DNA of 64,000 bases from a virus. Shown here piece after piece: positions 19,243-28,422 of this stretch (its first letter is position 1; the number at the start of each line of letters is the position of its first letter). A program made the translations under genes and the position numbers. The notes under the pieces were generated by a model, which was not told the origin of the DNA, made no database searches, and saw nothing but the letters and a program-made list of their open reading frames with translations. Location: the IMG/VR virus record IMGVR_UViG_3300022700_000179, positions 1 to 64,000 of that record. One strand, given 5' to 3'.

Positions 19243-19489
19243 GCGTGCGTTAAGACGGCACCACCGGCGCCGACTTATGCAAAAACGTAAGAACTACTGG
19301 TCCGGTGTTGCAAAGCACCAGCCAAAAATGCTCCGCAGAATTGTTGACACTCCAACGCCATGTTCTTGCTGTATGTGCAGTGGTAATTTCGAGCGTAGGG
19401 AGTTCAATAAAACTACCCGGCAAGAATGTGCTGCAGATATAGCAGAAAAGGAGCAGATTGATGCCCAGCGCAAAATTGGCGAGCGTTGA
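19235..19489 (+). CDS. small basic protein
   Basis: RALRRHH...TPTPCSCCMC, recurrent phage small-protein pattern. Confidence 0.6.
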   Translation: MSKRALRRHHRRRLMQKRKNYWSGVAKHQPKMLRRIVDTPTPCSCCMCSGNFERREFNKTTRQECAADIAEKEQIDAQRKIGER

Positions 19490-19838
19490 CGATCTGTACA
19501 AGTACCTTTCGCTTGGTTTTTTGGTCCGTGTTTATTCTGACGAGGTAACAGAAGTTTCCGACCTTATTTGTACAACCTTGGAAATTTATAATGCTGGCGG
19601 ATTTGGCTACGGTTTCATGTTTGAGGGATTTTGTCAATACTTTATCTATAATGGCAAGAATGAGTTTAATCCAACAAATCCAAGAATGTCATCTGCCTCT
19701 TTTTCTGAGGAAGAAAAGGCATCTTTTTGTGAGGCTCTAGCTGATCACCCCAAGGTTACTAAGGTCGAACTCGGGGATGAAGTAGACCTGCGTTTTATGT
19801 TCAACTCTTTCTTTAATCGCGAAAAGGTTTTTAAATGA
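19461..19838 (+). CDS. hypothetical protein
   Basis: RBS AAGGAG; operonic. Confidence 0.6.
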   Translation: MPSAKLASVDDLYKYLSLGFLVRVYSDEVTEVSDLICTTLEIYNAGGFGYGFMFEGFCQYFIYNGKNEFNPTNPRMSSASFSEEEKASFCEALADHPKVTKVELGDEVDLRFMFNSFFNREKVFK

Positions 19839-20062
19839 ATAAACGTCAGATGTATCTCATGTCAATACCGATGGGTACAGTGCTGCCTAAGAAGATGTTT
19901 GATGAAGTTCTTACGGTGCTGTTGTCCGAAGAGGAAAATGAAAAGAAACCTTCGGCAATCTTATCATCTGAACATGATGATGATGTAGTCGGCCTGAACG
20001 ATGAAAGTCATCCATTAGCAGCTTTTGTTCGTGCGGTCATAAACAAATTGAACGATAGTTAG
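19835..20062 (+). CDS. hypothetical protein
   Basis: ATGA overlap. Confidence 0.55.
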   Translation: MNKRQMYLMSIPMGTVLPKKMFDEVLTVLLSEEENEKKPSAILSSEHDDDVVGLNDESHPLAAFVRAVINKLNDS

Positions 20063-20127
20063 TGTGCTAGTTGGTATGAGCGTTTTGGTGATAGTGGGAT
20101 AACTGTACAAATTATTGGGGAGTATTA

Positions 20128-20334
20128 GTGATGCCTATTTACGAGTTCAAATGTAATGAATGCGGATCCGTTACCGAGATTGAACGTGCGATTACAAAAC
20201 GTACGGATCCATACACTTGTCCTGACTGCGGTTCCCTAAAAACTGAACAGCAGATTTCAAAGTGCACCTTTACGCTGGTCGGGGGAGGTTGGGCTCTTAG
20301 CGGCTATTCCAGTAGTGAAATAAAGTCAGGGTAG
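20128..20334 (+). CDS. FmdB-family zinc-ribbon protein
   Basis: MPIYEFKCNECG...CPDCGS...GGGW. Confidence 0.8.
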   Translation: MMPIYEFKCNECGSVTEIERAITKRTDPYTCPDCGSLKTEQQISKCTFTLVGGGWALSGYSSSEIKSG

Positions 20335-20414
20335 TAATGGTATGCCCATGGAATGGACCTTGGTAGCCGTGTTTCTTATATCAAAGTTGCTGTCTGACTT
20401 GTAAGGAGGTTCCA

Positions 20415-21233
20415 ATGCGTCTAAAGTTATGTTTGCTGGTGTTTATATACTGTCTATTCTTTTCTTGTACCACCCCGACTTTTAATACGTGTCCAAAGGT
20501 TACTGTACGGAGTCCGCAGTGCCCATTTGGTAGGCCGGTCACAATTTATAAAAATGCCGAGCGTAAGATAGCTCCAATTTTAGTTACTCGTGAGCAGTAT
20601 ACGCTAGCCTATGATCCCGACAGCCGTGTACCTATTTGGGCTTGTGAAACAGTATCGTCCAACGAATTAGGTGGGTCTGCAGAACGTAAGAACAGTATTT
20701 CCTTAGATCCTTTAATTCCACGGAAATATCAGTCTGCGTCATCTGTATACACGAATTCTGGCTATGACCGGGGACATATGATTCCAGCAGCCAACCAGCG
20801 GTGGGATCAGGAATTATCGGACAAATTATTTTATGTAAGTAATATAGCCCCTATGCCAAGGAGCTTTAACCGAGGTGTCTGGCGCGTATTTGAGGGCTGG
20901 ATTAGGGGGTGGGCAAAAACCCACGAAGACGCATATGTAATTACAGGATCTTTCAACGTGGACGCTGATCCAGTGGTTATCAAGAAAGAGTTGGTTGTGC
21001 CGTCGCATTTCTACAAGATTCTGGTCTCTAAACGCGGGACCAAAGAGTATCATGCTATCGGGTTTTTATTTGATATTAAGTCGGAGTATAAGAGTCCATA
21101 TGATTGGGAAAATCAGGTTGTAGCAATTGATTTGATTGAAGTGATGGCGGGAATAGATTTAATGCCGAGTCTCTCTCCGTATAAGGAAACGGAACTTGAA
21201 CTCAAAGCAGCAAGGTTCGAGCTATGGCAATGA
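20415..21233 (+). CDS. exported DNA/RNA non-specific endonuclease (NucA/EndoG family)
   Basis: YDRGHM, SNIAPM, FNRGVW, VPSHFYK; N-terminal lipoprotein-like signal. Confidence 0.9.
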   Translation: MRLKLCLLVFIYCLFFSCTTPTFNTCPKVTVRSPQCPFGRPVTIYKNAERKIAPILVTREQYTLAYDPDSRVPIWACETVSSNELGGSAERKNSISLDPLIPRKYQSASSVYTNSGYDRGHMIPAANQRWDQELSDKLFYVSNIAPMPRSFNRGVWRVFEGWIRGWAKTHEDAYVITGSFNVDADPVVIKKELVVPSHFYKILVSKRGTKEYHAIGFLFDIKSEYKSPYDWENQVVAIDLIEVMAGIDLMPSLSPYKETELELKAARFELWQ

Positions 21234-21478
21234 TATCTCTGCACCAAACAGTAACAACGCGAACTGTTTACCGGATCTTTCCACTGTTTTTCTGGCATAC
21301 ATGTGAAAAATGTGGGGATGATTTTCGTAGAGAGTGGGGATGGAAATTTAAGGTATTGTTCGTACACCGGGGAATTACAATAGTGCACGAAGGTGGTACC
21401 GATCTCTATCTTTGTTGCACCTGTGCGCCAGACCTTGCGGCGGCATCTCTACTGGCAGAGACATACCCACGGTGGTAA
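21224..21478 (+). CDS. small Cys-containing hypothetical protein
   Basis: CEKC...CCTC. Confidence 0.5.
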   Translation: MAMISLHQTVTTRTVYRIFPLFFWHTCEKCGDDFRREWGWKFKVLFVHRGITIVHEGGTDLYLCCTCAPDLAAASLLAETYPRW

Positions 21479-21479
21479 G

Positions 21480-21971
21480 ATGCCGGCTTATCTGATAAAA
21501 TATAAAGGTAGTCATTACAAGTTGGCAGGTATTCCTAATTTGGAATGGACTGGTGAAACTACGTTTATGGGCGGCAAGGTATATAAACTGTCAGTTGCGC
21601 TCGATCTGTTTGTCCATTTTACCACCCCGAGTAGGGCACAGGAGATTCTTAAAAGGGGGTTGTTGTTAATGCGCCCTCCATACAAGAAGTTTGGGACGGA
21701 CACAGTGAACGCTGTTTCTGCTTTGTATGGGTCTTACACACCGGGCGTACAGACCTCGCATTTAGGTGAAGAGGCAGCGCAGGTTGCAGTTGTATTCCGT
21801 ACAACGTTACCCCCTAATTATGGCTATGTAGAGGAGGTCGTCTGGGACAGTGACGTACCTCTTAAGTATCCCGAAGTTGTTGACGTGCCAACTGCAATCG
21901 CCCTGTTGAATTCATCTCCTGTAGTCATAGGAGATCAGGATATGGTTGTGTATTCTGAAGATACAGCTTGA
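21480..21971 (+). CDS. tagged protein, possible ADP-ribosyltransferase-like fold
   Basis: PAYLIKYKGSHYKLA tag; HFT...EILKRGLL...EEVVW. Confidence 0.55.
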   Translation: MPAYLIKYKGSHYKLAGIPNLEWTGETTFMGGKVYKLSVALDLFVHFTTPSRAQEILKRGLLLMRPPYKKFGTDTVNAVSALYGSYTPGVQTSHLGEEAAQVAVVFRTTLPPNYGYVEEVVWDSDVPLKYPEVVDVPTAIALLNSSPVVIGDQDMVVYSEDTA

Positions 21972-22002
21972 CAGATCGACTCTTTTTGTTACGTCTTATT
22001 TT

Positions 22003-22077
<75 letters not shown>

Positions 22078-22082
22078 AGTTC

Positions 22083-22167
22083 GGTGCGGTAGTCCTAATT
22101 GGAAAGGCGGCGGGCTGTAACCCCGCTGGGATGATTCCCGTTCCAGGTTCGAGTCCTGGCCGCACCA
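22083..22167 (+). tRNA. tRNA-Tyr(GTA)
   Basis: GCGGG-CTGTAAC-CCCGC, long variable arm. Confidence 0.93.
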
Positions 22168-22280
22168 TCTGGGTTCCTTTATCTGTAAACTGCCATTTGT
22201 GGATAAGGGCCAGTGTACTGTGGCAGCAGGCACGAAGTCGCATAGCCGGACTCCGAAACCGGTATGGTGCGAGCCCAGAT
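22167..22280 (+). ncRNA. putative 4-way-junction RNA with complementary (kissing) loops
   Basis: closing ATCTGGGTT/AGCCCAGAT; loops CTGCCA (22190-22195) and TGGCAG (22221-22226) are exact complements. Confidence 0.55.
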
Positions 22281-22309
22281 TTACTTTCTGTTTCGTGTTT
22301 TTGTTATAC

Positions 22310-22382
22310 GGCACCTTAGCTCAACTGGTAGAGCGCGCGATTGAAAATTGCGTTGTTCTCGGTTCAATTCCGAGGGGTGCCA
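22310..22382 (+). tRNA. tRNA-Phe(GAA)
   Basis: GGCACCT/GGGTGCC, CGCGA-TTGAAAA-TTGCG. Confidence 0.9.
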
Positions 22383-22444
22383 ATGTGTTGACATATTTGG
22401 TAGCATCTGGCAGGCGGACAACCAATGGCAAGGAGAAGCTGAAT

Positions 22445-22540
22445 ATGTCTGATGACATGCTTGCTTTAATAGCAATCGGTTTGAGTTTGCTAGCTATCTG
22501 CATGAATTTAACCCATCTACTGCGCAACCGTCGCAAGTAG
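22445..22540 (+). CDS. small single-pass membrane peptide
   Basis: RBS AGGAG; MSDDMLALIAIGLSLLAICMNLTHLLRNRRK. Confidence 0.45.
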   Translation: MSDDMLALIAIGLSLLAICMNLTHLLRNRRK

Positions 22541-22567
22541 CTCCTTTCTGCCTCCCCTCTTTTTCTC

Positions 22568-22596
22568 TTGACCTTACACAGTTGTGTGCTTAGACT
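22568..22596 (+). promoter_or_regulatory. sigma70-type promoter
   Basis: TTGACC-17 bp-TAGACT. Confidence 0.55.
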
Positions 22597-22674
22597 CTGT
22601 TGAGTCTGAGCTATTTACTGTACTGTTCTGTAGCGTGTACAGCAGTCCGACTTTACGGATCTGGAGGGTTTTAC

Positions 22675-22929
22675 ATGACAGTCACCGGTACTTTTGATAA
22701 AAACGGAGAGTTTCTTCCGTACGAGGACGGTATTATTTTCCACGATGACCGTTGGTCAGTCGAGTTGCTTGGCGGAGAGCAGTGTTGGTTGGTTAATGAA
22801 ATGGGACAGCCAGTGAGTGGTGCCGATGGAGTTGAGGTTTCTCGAGATGAGAATCGAAAGGCTATGGTCTTAGTTTTGCCCCGAATTCCTGGTAGTGCCG
22901 GAAAAGCGCGGTTTGTCAAGTTCTTGTAA
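22675..22929 (+). CDS. hypothetical protein
   Basis: ATG after GGAGGG. Confidence 0.6.
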   Translation: MTVTGTFDKNGEFLPYEDGIIFHDDRWSVELLGGEQCWLVNEMGQPVSGADGVEVSRDENRKAMVLVLPRIPGSAGKARFVKFL

Positions 22930-22943
22930 CGAGGAGGGACATC

Positions 22944-23234
22944 ATGGATATCGACATCCGAGGTATCGACAAGGTGCAGTTGGTGAAGAAGTTGTATGAG
23001 AATTCATCCCCGCGTGGAATGGGATTCCTTCAGTATCGGGATGGCGGGCTGAGTGACGAGGAGGCGCTGGAGCTGTCCAAGGCATCTCACTTGGACTATG
23101 TACGGGGCAGGGTGATGAAGCTCTCGGTCGCCGGCGATTACATGAGGGCAGATTTGTACGACAGGGACAATGGTCCCGGCGCCGCGCAGAGATGCGTGGA
23201 TGCGGTTCTCGATGAGATGACTGCGCCGGGTTAG
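22944..23234 (+). CDS. conserved small phage protein
   Basis: RBS GAGGAGGG; GMGFLQ...DYVRGRVMK...LYDRDNGPGAA; locally GC-rich. Confidence 0.75.
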   Translation: MDIDIRGIDKVQLVKKLYENSSPRGMGFLQYRDGGLSDEEALELSKASHLDYVRGRVMKLSVAGDYMRADLYDRDNGPGAAQRCVDAVLDEMTAPG

Positions 23235-23380
23235 ATTGGATATGCAGCAAACAGTATAGTTGCTTTGATTGTGGTTCTGTACACTATGAGGACCGAGACG
23301 CCCTACGGTCCCGTTGCGAAGCAATACTTAGATGGTCCCGATACTTGGTAGATTTAGTATGAAAGAGGAGCTAAAAGAGT

Positions 23381-24237
23381 ATGACTGTCTATAATACTGA
23401 AACTGTGAGTGCCGCGAAAAACCGTCAACGGGAAGCGCCTATTTTTGCCAATATCAATCTACTAGGCAAGTGTAACGTCGACTGCTTTTTCTGTCTTGGA
23501 AAGGACATCGAAGAAGAGTTAGCGCCGCACAATCAGCTTAACGAGCATTTCACGAAATGGAAGAATTTTTCGTCCTTCCTCAATCGATGTGATACTGCCG
23601 GGATCAAAAAACTGTACGTAACTGGCCAAAACACTGACAGTTTGTTATACAAGTATCTTAGTAACCTGATTTCGTTTCTACAAAAATCGGGTTTCCAAGT
23701 CGGGTTGCGCACTAACGGTTATCGTGCCGCGGACAAGCTGAACGAGATTAATCAATGTGACCTCAGCGTTGGTTACTCCATCCATTCTCTGAACTGGCGT
23801 ACCAACGTCGCCATTCTTGGCAGGAAGCACGTTCCGGATTGGGTAGAGATCATCGGAAAGACTGCCAACCCACGAGTGCAGATCGTAGTCAACCGCTACA
23901 ACGAATTCGAGGTGATGGGTATTCTGCGTTACCTCGAGCAATTCGACCACCTGCGTTATGTGCAAGTGCGCCGGGTTTCGACGGACACCAGATTTTTCGA
24001 ACTGCGTCCAGATATCGAAGCCTACGAGCGTGTGTGGAAGCATGTGGACTACTGTTTCGGTCCACCCGTAGAGACTCTCTGGGGCGATGCAGACGTCTAC
24101 AGATTCACGGAAACGATACTGTTTTCTGGCGTACTGTAAAAACGAGTGTGAACAGCTTCAATTACTTTACAGACGGTACTATTTCAGACGAGTACTTTGT
24201 TGTTGAAGGCTACCTCAAAAACAGCGACCAAGAGTAG
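23381..24237 (+). CDS. radical SAM protein with apparent 1-nt frameshift near 24100
   Basis: CNVDCFFC (CxxxCxxC); C-terminus continues in the frame of ORF 23839-24237. Confidence 0.75.
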
Positions 24238-24248
24238 CTGGAGGAAAA

Positions 24249-25616
24249 ATGTACAAATTGACAGAGCTGTCGGATGAAATTAAGCAGGAACTCTCAAACT
24301 TGACTTCACGTCAGCGCCGTATCGTGCTAAACGGACTGGTCGCCAAATTGGCCGCAGCCCAAAAAACAGGAAAGGTGTCATACAGGTACGATATCTGCCC
24401 TATTTGTGGGGATGTGGGTTCTACTAAGGAACTTAATAAATGCGGTGAGTGTTACATCTTCCGATCATGTAGTAAACCATTTGACTCTGGATTCAAAAAC
24501 GACCACGAAATTTCGTACAAGTACTTTTCTAAAATGTTAGTATTCATGCTGCACCACGAGTGTGAGAGTATTCCGGAGTGTGTTGTAGTGGGTGGTAACT
24601 GGGATCCGCGTTATGGGCGTCCATCTAAATTGGCCAAGAGCTTGGCAGATAATATGAGCGCGGATTTGTTCAACGGCGGGCTAATTCACGGCGGAGTTGG
24701 GGTGCCCGACCTCGTTTCTATTAGTCGTATATTGGGGCACAAACTCATTGTGTGGATGCCTAACGTACCTAATGCGGTAGCCAAAGTGTACCCCGAAAAA
24801 CGCAGAGGTGCTACCTTGGTCGTCTCCAAGGTAATGCGTGAAGGGTACACCTCAGCTGACGCTGCCAAACGTATCTTTGCTATGCACGGCAACGCCGTTA
24901 TCGAAATCTATACTAGCGAAGATGGGCAGTACAAATTTCGACTGGCAGATGCGTTGAATAACACCTGGACGGAATCGTCTAGTATTAAAGACGTTGCCAG
25001 CGGCATTAAAGATCTTCATGTGTGGTCACGAAAACAGAAGAGAATTGGGTCTGTTCGGTCAATCAACTGGCCAGAGGACAAGGCGACAGTAAAGTACTTA
25101 CATCGATTTTTGACTATTAACCGGAAAGTCCAGAGTCAGGTAACAAAGAGGGTTGGAGAGCGATACTTTGGAAATCTGTCTACGCGCTGCATGAAGTTGT
25201 TTCCATCAATGAGCGACGTTGCGGGTGTGTATGTGTCACCCCGGAATTCGGACAAGCGCAGCTTAGAACCCGCGGATATGGTAAGGGCATGGCTTGAAGA
25301 TGGGAAGGTTGTGTACTTTCATCCCGATTATCGAGTTAAGCCTAGTGTAGACACTGCGGTGCAGTTAGAGCTGTACTCCAGGTCCGATATCTGTTTTATG
25401 ATTCATGGGCACGCGTTCGTTAAAGGGGCGCCTACTACGTGGGAGTACTTTCCCTGTGGCGACCTGCGGGAGGTACTCCCCCTTTGGGATCTAATTAACG
25501 ATGGGCCCTCCTCCGGAGCGATCAACCTCAAGAATCATGGGTTTTTGCTGTATTCTCAGCATTTACGCGACCTAGATCGTCTGGTTAGCCGGTTGCAGTT
25601 TGAAAATCGACTGTAA
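24249..25616 (+). CDS. protein with C-terminal class II aldolase/adducin-like domain
   Basis: GNLSTRC...KPSVDT...MIHGH...LKNHG. Confidence 0.7.
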   Translation: MYKLTELSDEIKQELSNLTSRQRRIVLNGLVAKLAAAQKTGKVSYRYDICPICGDVGSTKELNKCGECYIFRSCSKPFDSGFKNDHEISYKYFSKMLVFMLHHECESIPECVVVGGNWDPRYGRPSKLAKSLADNMSADLFNGGLIHGGVGVPDLVSISRILGHKLIVWMPNVPNAVAKVYPEKRRGATLVVSKVMREGYTSADAAKRIFAMHGNAVIEIYTSEDGQYKFRLADALNNTWTESSSIKDVASGIKDLHVWSRKQKRIGSVRSINWPEDKATVKYLHRFLTINRKVQSQVTKRVGERYFGNLSTRCMKLFPSMSDVAGVYVSPRNSDKRSLEPADMVRAWLEDGKVVYFHPDYRVKPSVDTAVQLELYSRSDICFMIHGHAFVKGAPTTWEYFPCGDLREVLPLWDLINDGPSSGAINLKNHGFLLYSQHLRDLDRLVSRLQFENRL

Positions 25617-25802
25617 CTCGAGCCTCCACTTGGCTTCGTAGGTGATATGGTGGGTTGGGCAGCAACCAATAACGCCCCTAACTTACTGTTGAGGGGACTG
25701 TGTCCGTAGAGTGGGTACGTCACTCCCTGCTCTTGACTTTGGCACCAAAGGCAGCACCTTGTAGTGGTGTACGGCAGAACTTAAAATAGGAGCAGCAACA
25801 GG

Positions 25803-27692
25803 ATGTCTACAAAGGTATATCGTTACGGACTGCTTGCACCTACCGAAAACGCTGATGTAGTTGCAGACCAGATACGGCACGCCCATAGCTACTATAACAA
25901 GCTGGTAGAGTTAGAGCGTAGGCGCCGGGATCAGATCCGTGGTATTATTGATACTGAAACCGGTGATGTCTTGGGGGCAGCTAAGCAGGCCGACGCGGAA
26001 CGTCAGTCTGCACGTAAAGCCTTAGCGCGCGAAAATGCAGAAAAGCGAAGTCGCAAAAAAGCTGACCCGAAGCTGCAGAAAGCTCTTAAGGATGCTAGTA
26101 AAAAGAGGAAGAAGGCGCTAGCAACTCTCAAGAAAGCCCGAAGCAAAGCTTTCAAGGAACACAAGGAAACAATCCGGTCCATCAATCAACGGCACGGCAA
26201 TCGTTTGCGTGAAGCGCGCAAAAATACTCCTACTTACTGGGGTACCTATACGATTGTGGAGGATGCTCTCAAAGCTTCTGCTAACGACAAGATGCTGTGG
26301 GATCGACGAGATTGGTTTTCACCTTCAGACCCTGAGTTCAAGCGGTGGAGGGGCGAAGGCCGTCTTTCTGTACAGGTCCAAAAAAGTCCACAGGATAAAA
26401 AGCCTGGGTTGGCGTCGGAGGCAGTCTTCCAAGAAAATAACCTTGTGTGGGTTGATCCAGTTGACGAGCGGGCGTGGTGTGATCCGGTACGTGGAGTACG
26501 TCGTCGGTTCAGTCGAACCAAGTTGCACTTTCGAATTGACTCTGACGAAAATAGGAAACCTGTTTGGACGGAGTTCCCGATGATTATGCACCGGCCTCTG
26601 CCTGAGGGTGGGCGGGTAAAGAGGGTAACGATCCATAAAAAACGTATCGGGACGCGGGTAGAGTGGTCCGCGCACTTCACGGTGAATACAGACGCCGTAA
26701 TTCCAGAGAGTCGTCCTGTCAGTGGCATGGTGGCTATTGATGTAGGATGGCGCAAGCTGGATAGCGGGGCCATTCGGGTAGCTGCTTGGGACGCTTCTGA
26801 TGGTAAGTCTGGTTACCTGGAAGTTTCGCCAGAGCTAATCAGTGCTCTGCAGTACAACAGGCAGTTACGTTCTATTCGGAACAATAATTTCAACGAGATC
26901 ATTTCTCAGTTGGTAGAGCACTTCAAGCATGCGCACGTGCCCAGCTGGCTATGCGAGGAGCTGGGTAGGAAAGAGAAACTAACGCCTGAGAAAGCCCGGG
27001 CGGTTCTAGCGCAGCTTCGATCTATGGATCGACTTGCATACCTGACTAGACGTTGGGCCGAGGAGGGAGTCACCGAAAAGCACGCTTATATGTACCAGCG
27101 GTTGGAGGAGTGGCGGTACCACGATTTTCATTTGTATAGTTGGGAATCAGACCAAGCAAAGAAATCTCAGCGGCGCCGTAAAGATCTGTACCGTAATTTT
27201 GCTGCGGAGTTGTCCCGCACATACGAAACATTGGTTCTAGAGGACTTTAAATTAGACCGGTTGGTACGGCGCAACGATGTCGGTGCTGAATCTGAAAACG
27301 AGACAGCTCGCGCAAACCGACATATGGTGGCGTTGTACGAACTGCGGGATAGTTTAATCAACGCTTTCAACCGTTGCGGTGCAGTAGTTATAGTTGACCC
27401 GAGGGATAGTACTCGTACATGCCATGTTTGTGGGGTGGTTAACGATTGGGACCAGGCTGCCGAGCTTGAACACAGGTGCGTAGCATGTGGTACTATTTGG
27501 GACCAAGACGACAACGCGGCTCTAATTTTGCGGCGTCGTGGTGCGGGGTTTGGGGGTGGCGACGGGGCCGGAACCGCTCGCGGGAGTAAAAGTGGTAACG
27601 ATTATACCAGGAAGGCGCCGAGAAAGCGGCCCTCCCGGAGCTACCAGGAGCTGCACCGCCGGCGCCGAGAGTCGGCCGCTCGCAGTTGGTAG
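25803..27692 (+). CDS. cas12m: compact type V CRISPR effector, Cas12m (V-M/V-U1)-like, RuvC triad apparently intact
   Basis: 629 aa; N-terminal coiled REC, YWGTY, WRGEGRLSVQ, MHRPLP, RuvC-I AIDVGWR, RuvC-II VLED, Zn CHVC/CVAC, RuvC-III DQDDNAA; array starts 38 bp downstream. Confidence 0.85.
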   Translation: MSTKVYRYGLLAPTENADVVADQIRHAHSYYNKLVELERRRRDQIRGIIDTETGDVLGAAKQADAERQSARKALARENAEKRSRKKADPKLQKALKDASKKRKKALATLKKARSKAFKEHKETIRSINQRHGNRLREARKNTPTYWGTYTIVEDALKASANDKMLWDRRDWFSPSDPEFKRWRGEGRLSVQVQKSPQDKKPGLASEAVFQENNLVWVDPVDERAWCDPVRGVRRRFSRTKLHFRIDSDENRKPVWTEFPMIMHRPLPEGGRVKRVTIHKKRIGTRVEWSAHFTVNTDAVIPESRPVSGMVAIDVGWRKLDSGAIRVAAWDASDGKSGYLEVSPELISALQYNRQLRSIRNNNFNEIISQLVEHFKHAHVPSWLCEELGRKEKLTPEKARAVLAQLRSMDRLAYLTRRWAEEGVTEKHAYMYQRLEEWRYHDFHLYSWESDQAKKSQRRRKDLYRNFAAELSRTYETLVLEDFKLDRLVRRNDVGAESENETARANRHMVALYELRDSLINAFNRCGAVVIVDPRDSTRTCHVCGVVNDWDQAAELEHRCVACGTIWDQDDNAALILRRRGAGFGGGDGAGTARGSKSGNDYTRKAPRKRPSRSYQELHRRRRESAARSW

Positions 27693-27730
27693 CACAGTTA
27701 GTCGTACTTACACTGTTTTTTGTGCCCGCT

Positions 27731-28397
27731 GTAACAACGCCTGCTCAACGGCGTAGAAGTTGAGACACGATAGCAAAACTATTTGAGCTTGTAATGGCTG
27801 GTAACAACGCCTGCTCAACGGCGTAGAAGTTGAGACACCTCTCGTCTGTTTGGGGTTTTTATCCCATACTATGTAACAACGCCTGCTCAACGGCGTATAA
27901 GTTGAGACTCTGTTCGGTCGTCGAGAGACAGGATGAAAGCGCGGTAACAATGCCTGCTCACCGGCGTAGAAGATGAGACCAGTCCATAAGCGGTTCGTCC
28001 CCCGTGTAGCGGCCGTAACAACGCCCGCTCAACGGCGTAGAAGTTGAGACCAGGTCAGCGAGCCGCTCATGCAATCCCACTGCAAGTAACAACGCCCGCT
28101 CAACGGCGTAGAAGTTGAGACTCTGTGCGTCCGATTCCGACCTGGTCGTGCTCTACACAACAACGCCCGCTCAACGGCGTATAAGTTGAGACGTATCGGA
28201 TCTGCGTGGCATAATCGATCAATAACGCCTGCTCAACGGCGTAGAAGTTGAGACTTTGTAGGTACCGATCCCCCAGATCCAAACCACATACAACAACGCC
28301 TGCTCAACGGCGTAGAAGTTGAGACTTTGCAGAGGGTCGTCGCCAAAGTGTACGCGGCCCTGCAACAACGCCTGCTCAATGGTGTATAAATTGAGAC
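27731..28397 (+). CRISPR. CRISPR array, 10 repeats of 36 bp (GTAACAACGCCTGCTCAACGGCGTAGAAGTTGAGAC), 9 spacers of 26-36 bp
   Basis: repeats at 27731, 27801, 27873, 27944, 28015, 28086, 28157, 28219, 28290, 28362; 3' hairpin CTCAAC/GTTGAG then AC. Confidence 0.97.
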
Positions 28398-28422
28398 GGA
28401 TCTGGTTTTGTATGTTTTTTGC

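Noticed and set aside
22167-22280. Theta/HDV-like ribozyme at a tRNA 3' end
   Set aside because: Helix order fits a multi-way junction with loop-loop pairing, not the nested double pseudoknot of HDV-like ribozymes
25660-25700. Repeat-like hairpin upstream of cas12 (CAATAACGCCCCTAAC...GTTGAGGGG) as tracrRNA or orphan repeat
   Set aside because: Same-strand similarity only, short and gapped; not an anti-repeat and not distinguishable from chance
25803-27692. IS200/IS605 TnpB transposon interpretation
   Set aside because: No TnpA or IS ends seen, the protein is longer than TnpB and a bona fide array follows directly
27767-28361. Self-targeting by canonical spacers
   Set aside because: No convincing match to this window found by eye; a proper search of both strands and external databases is needed
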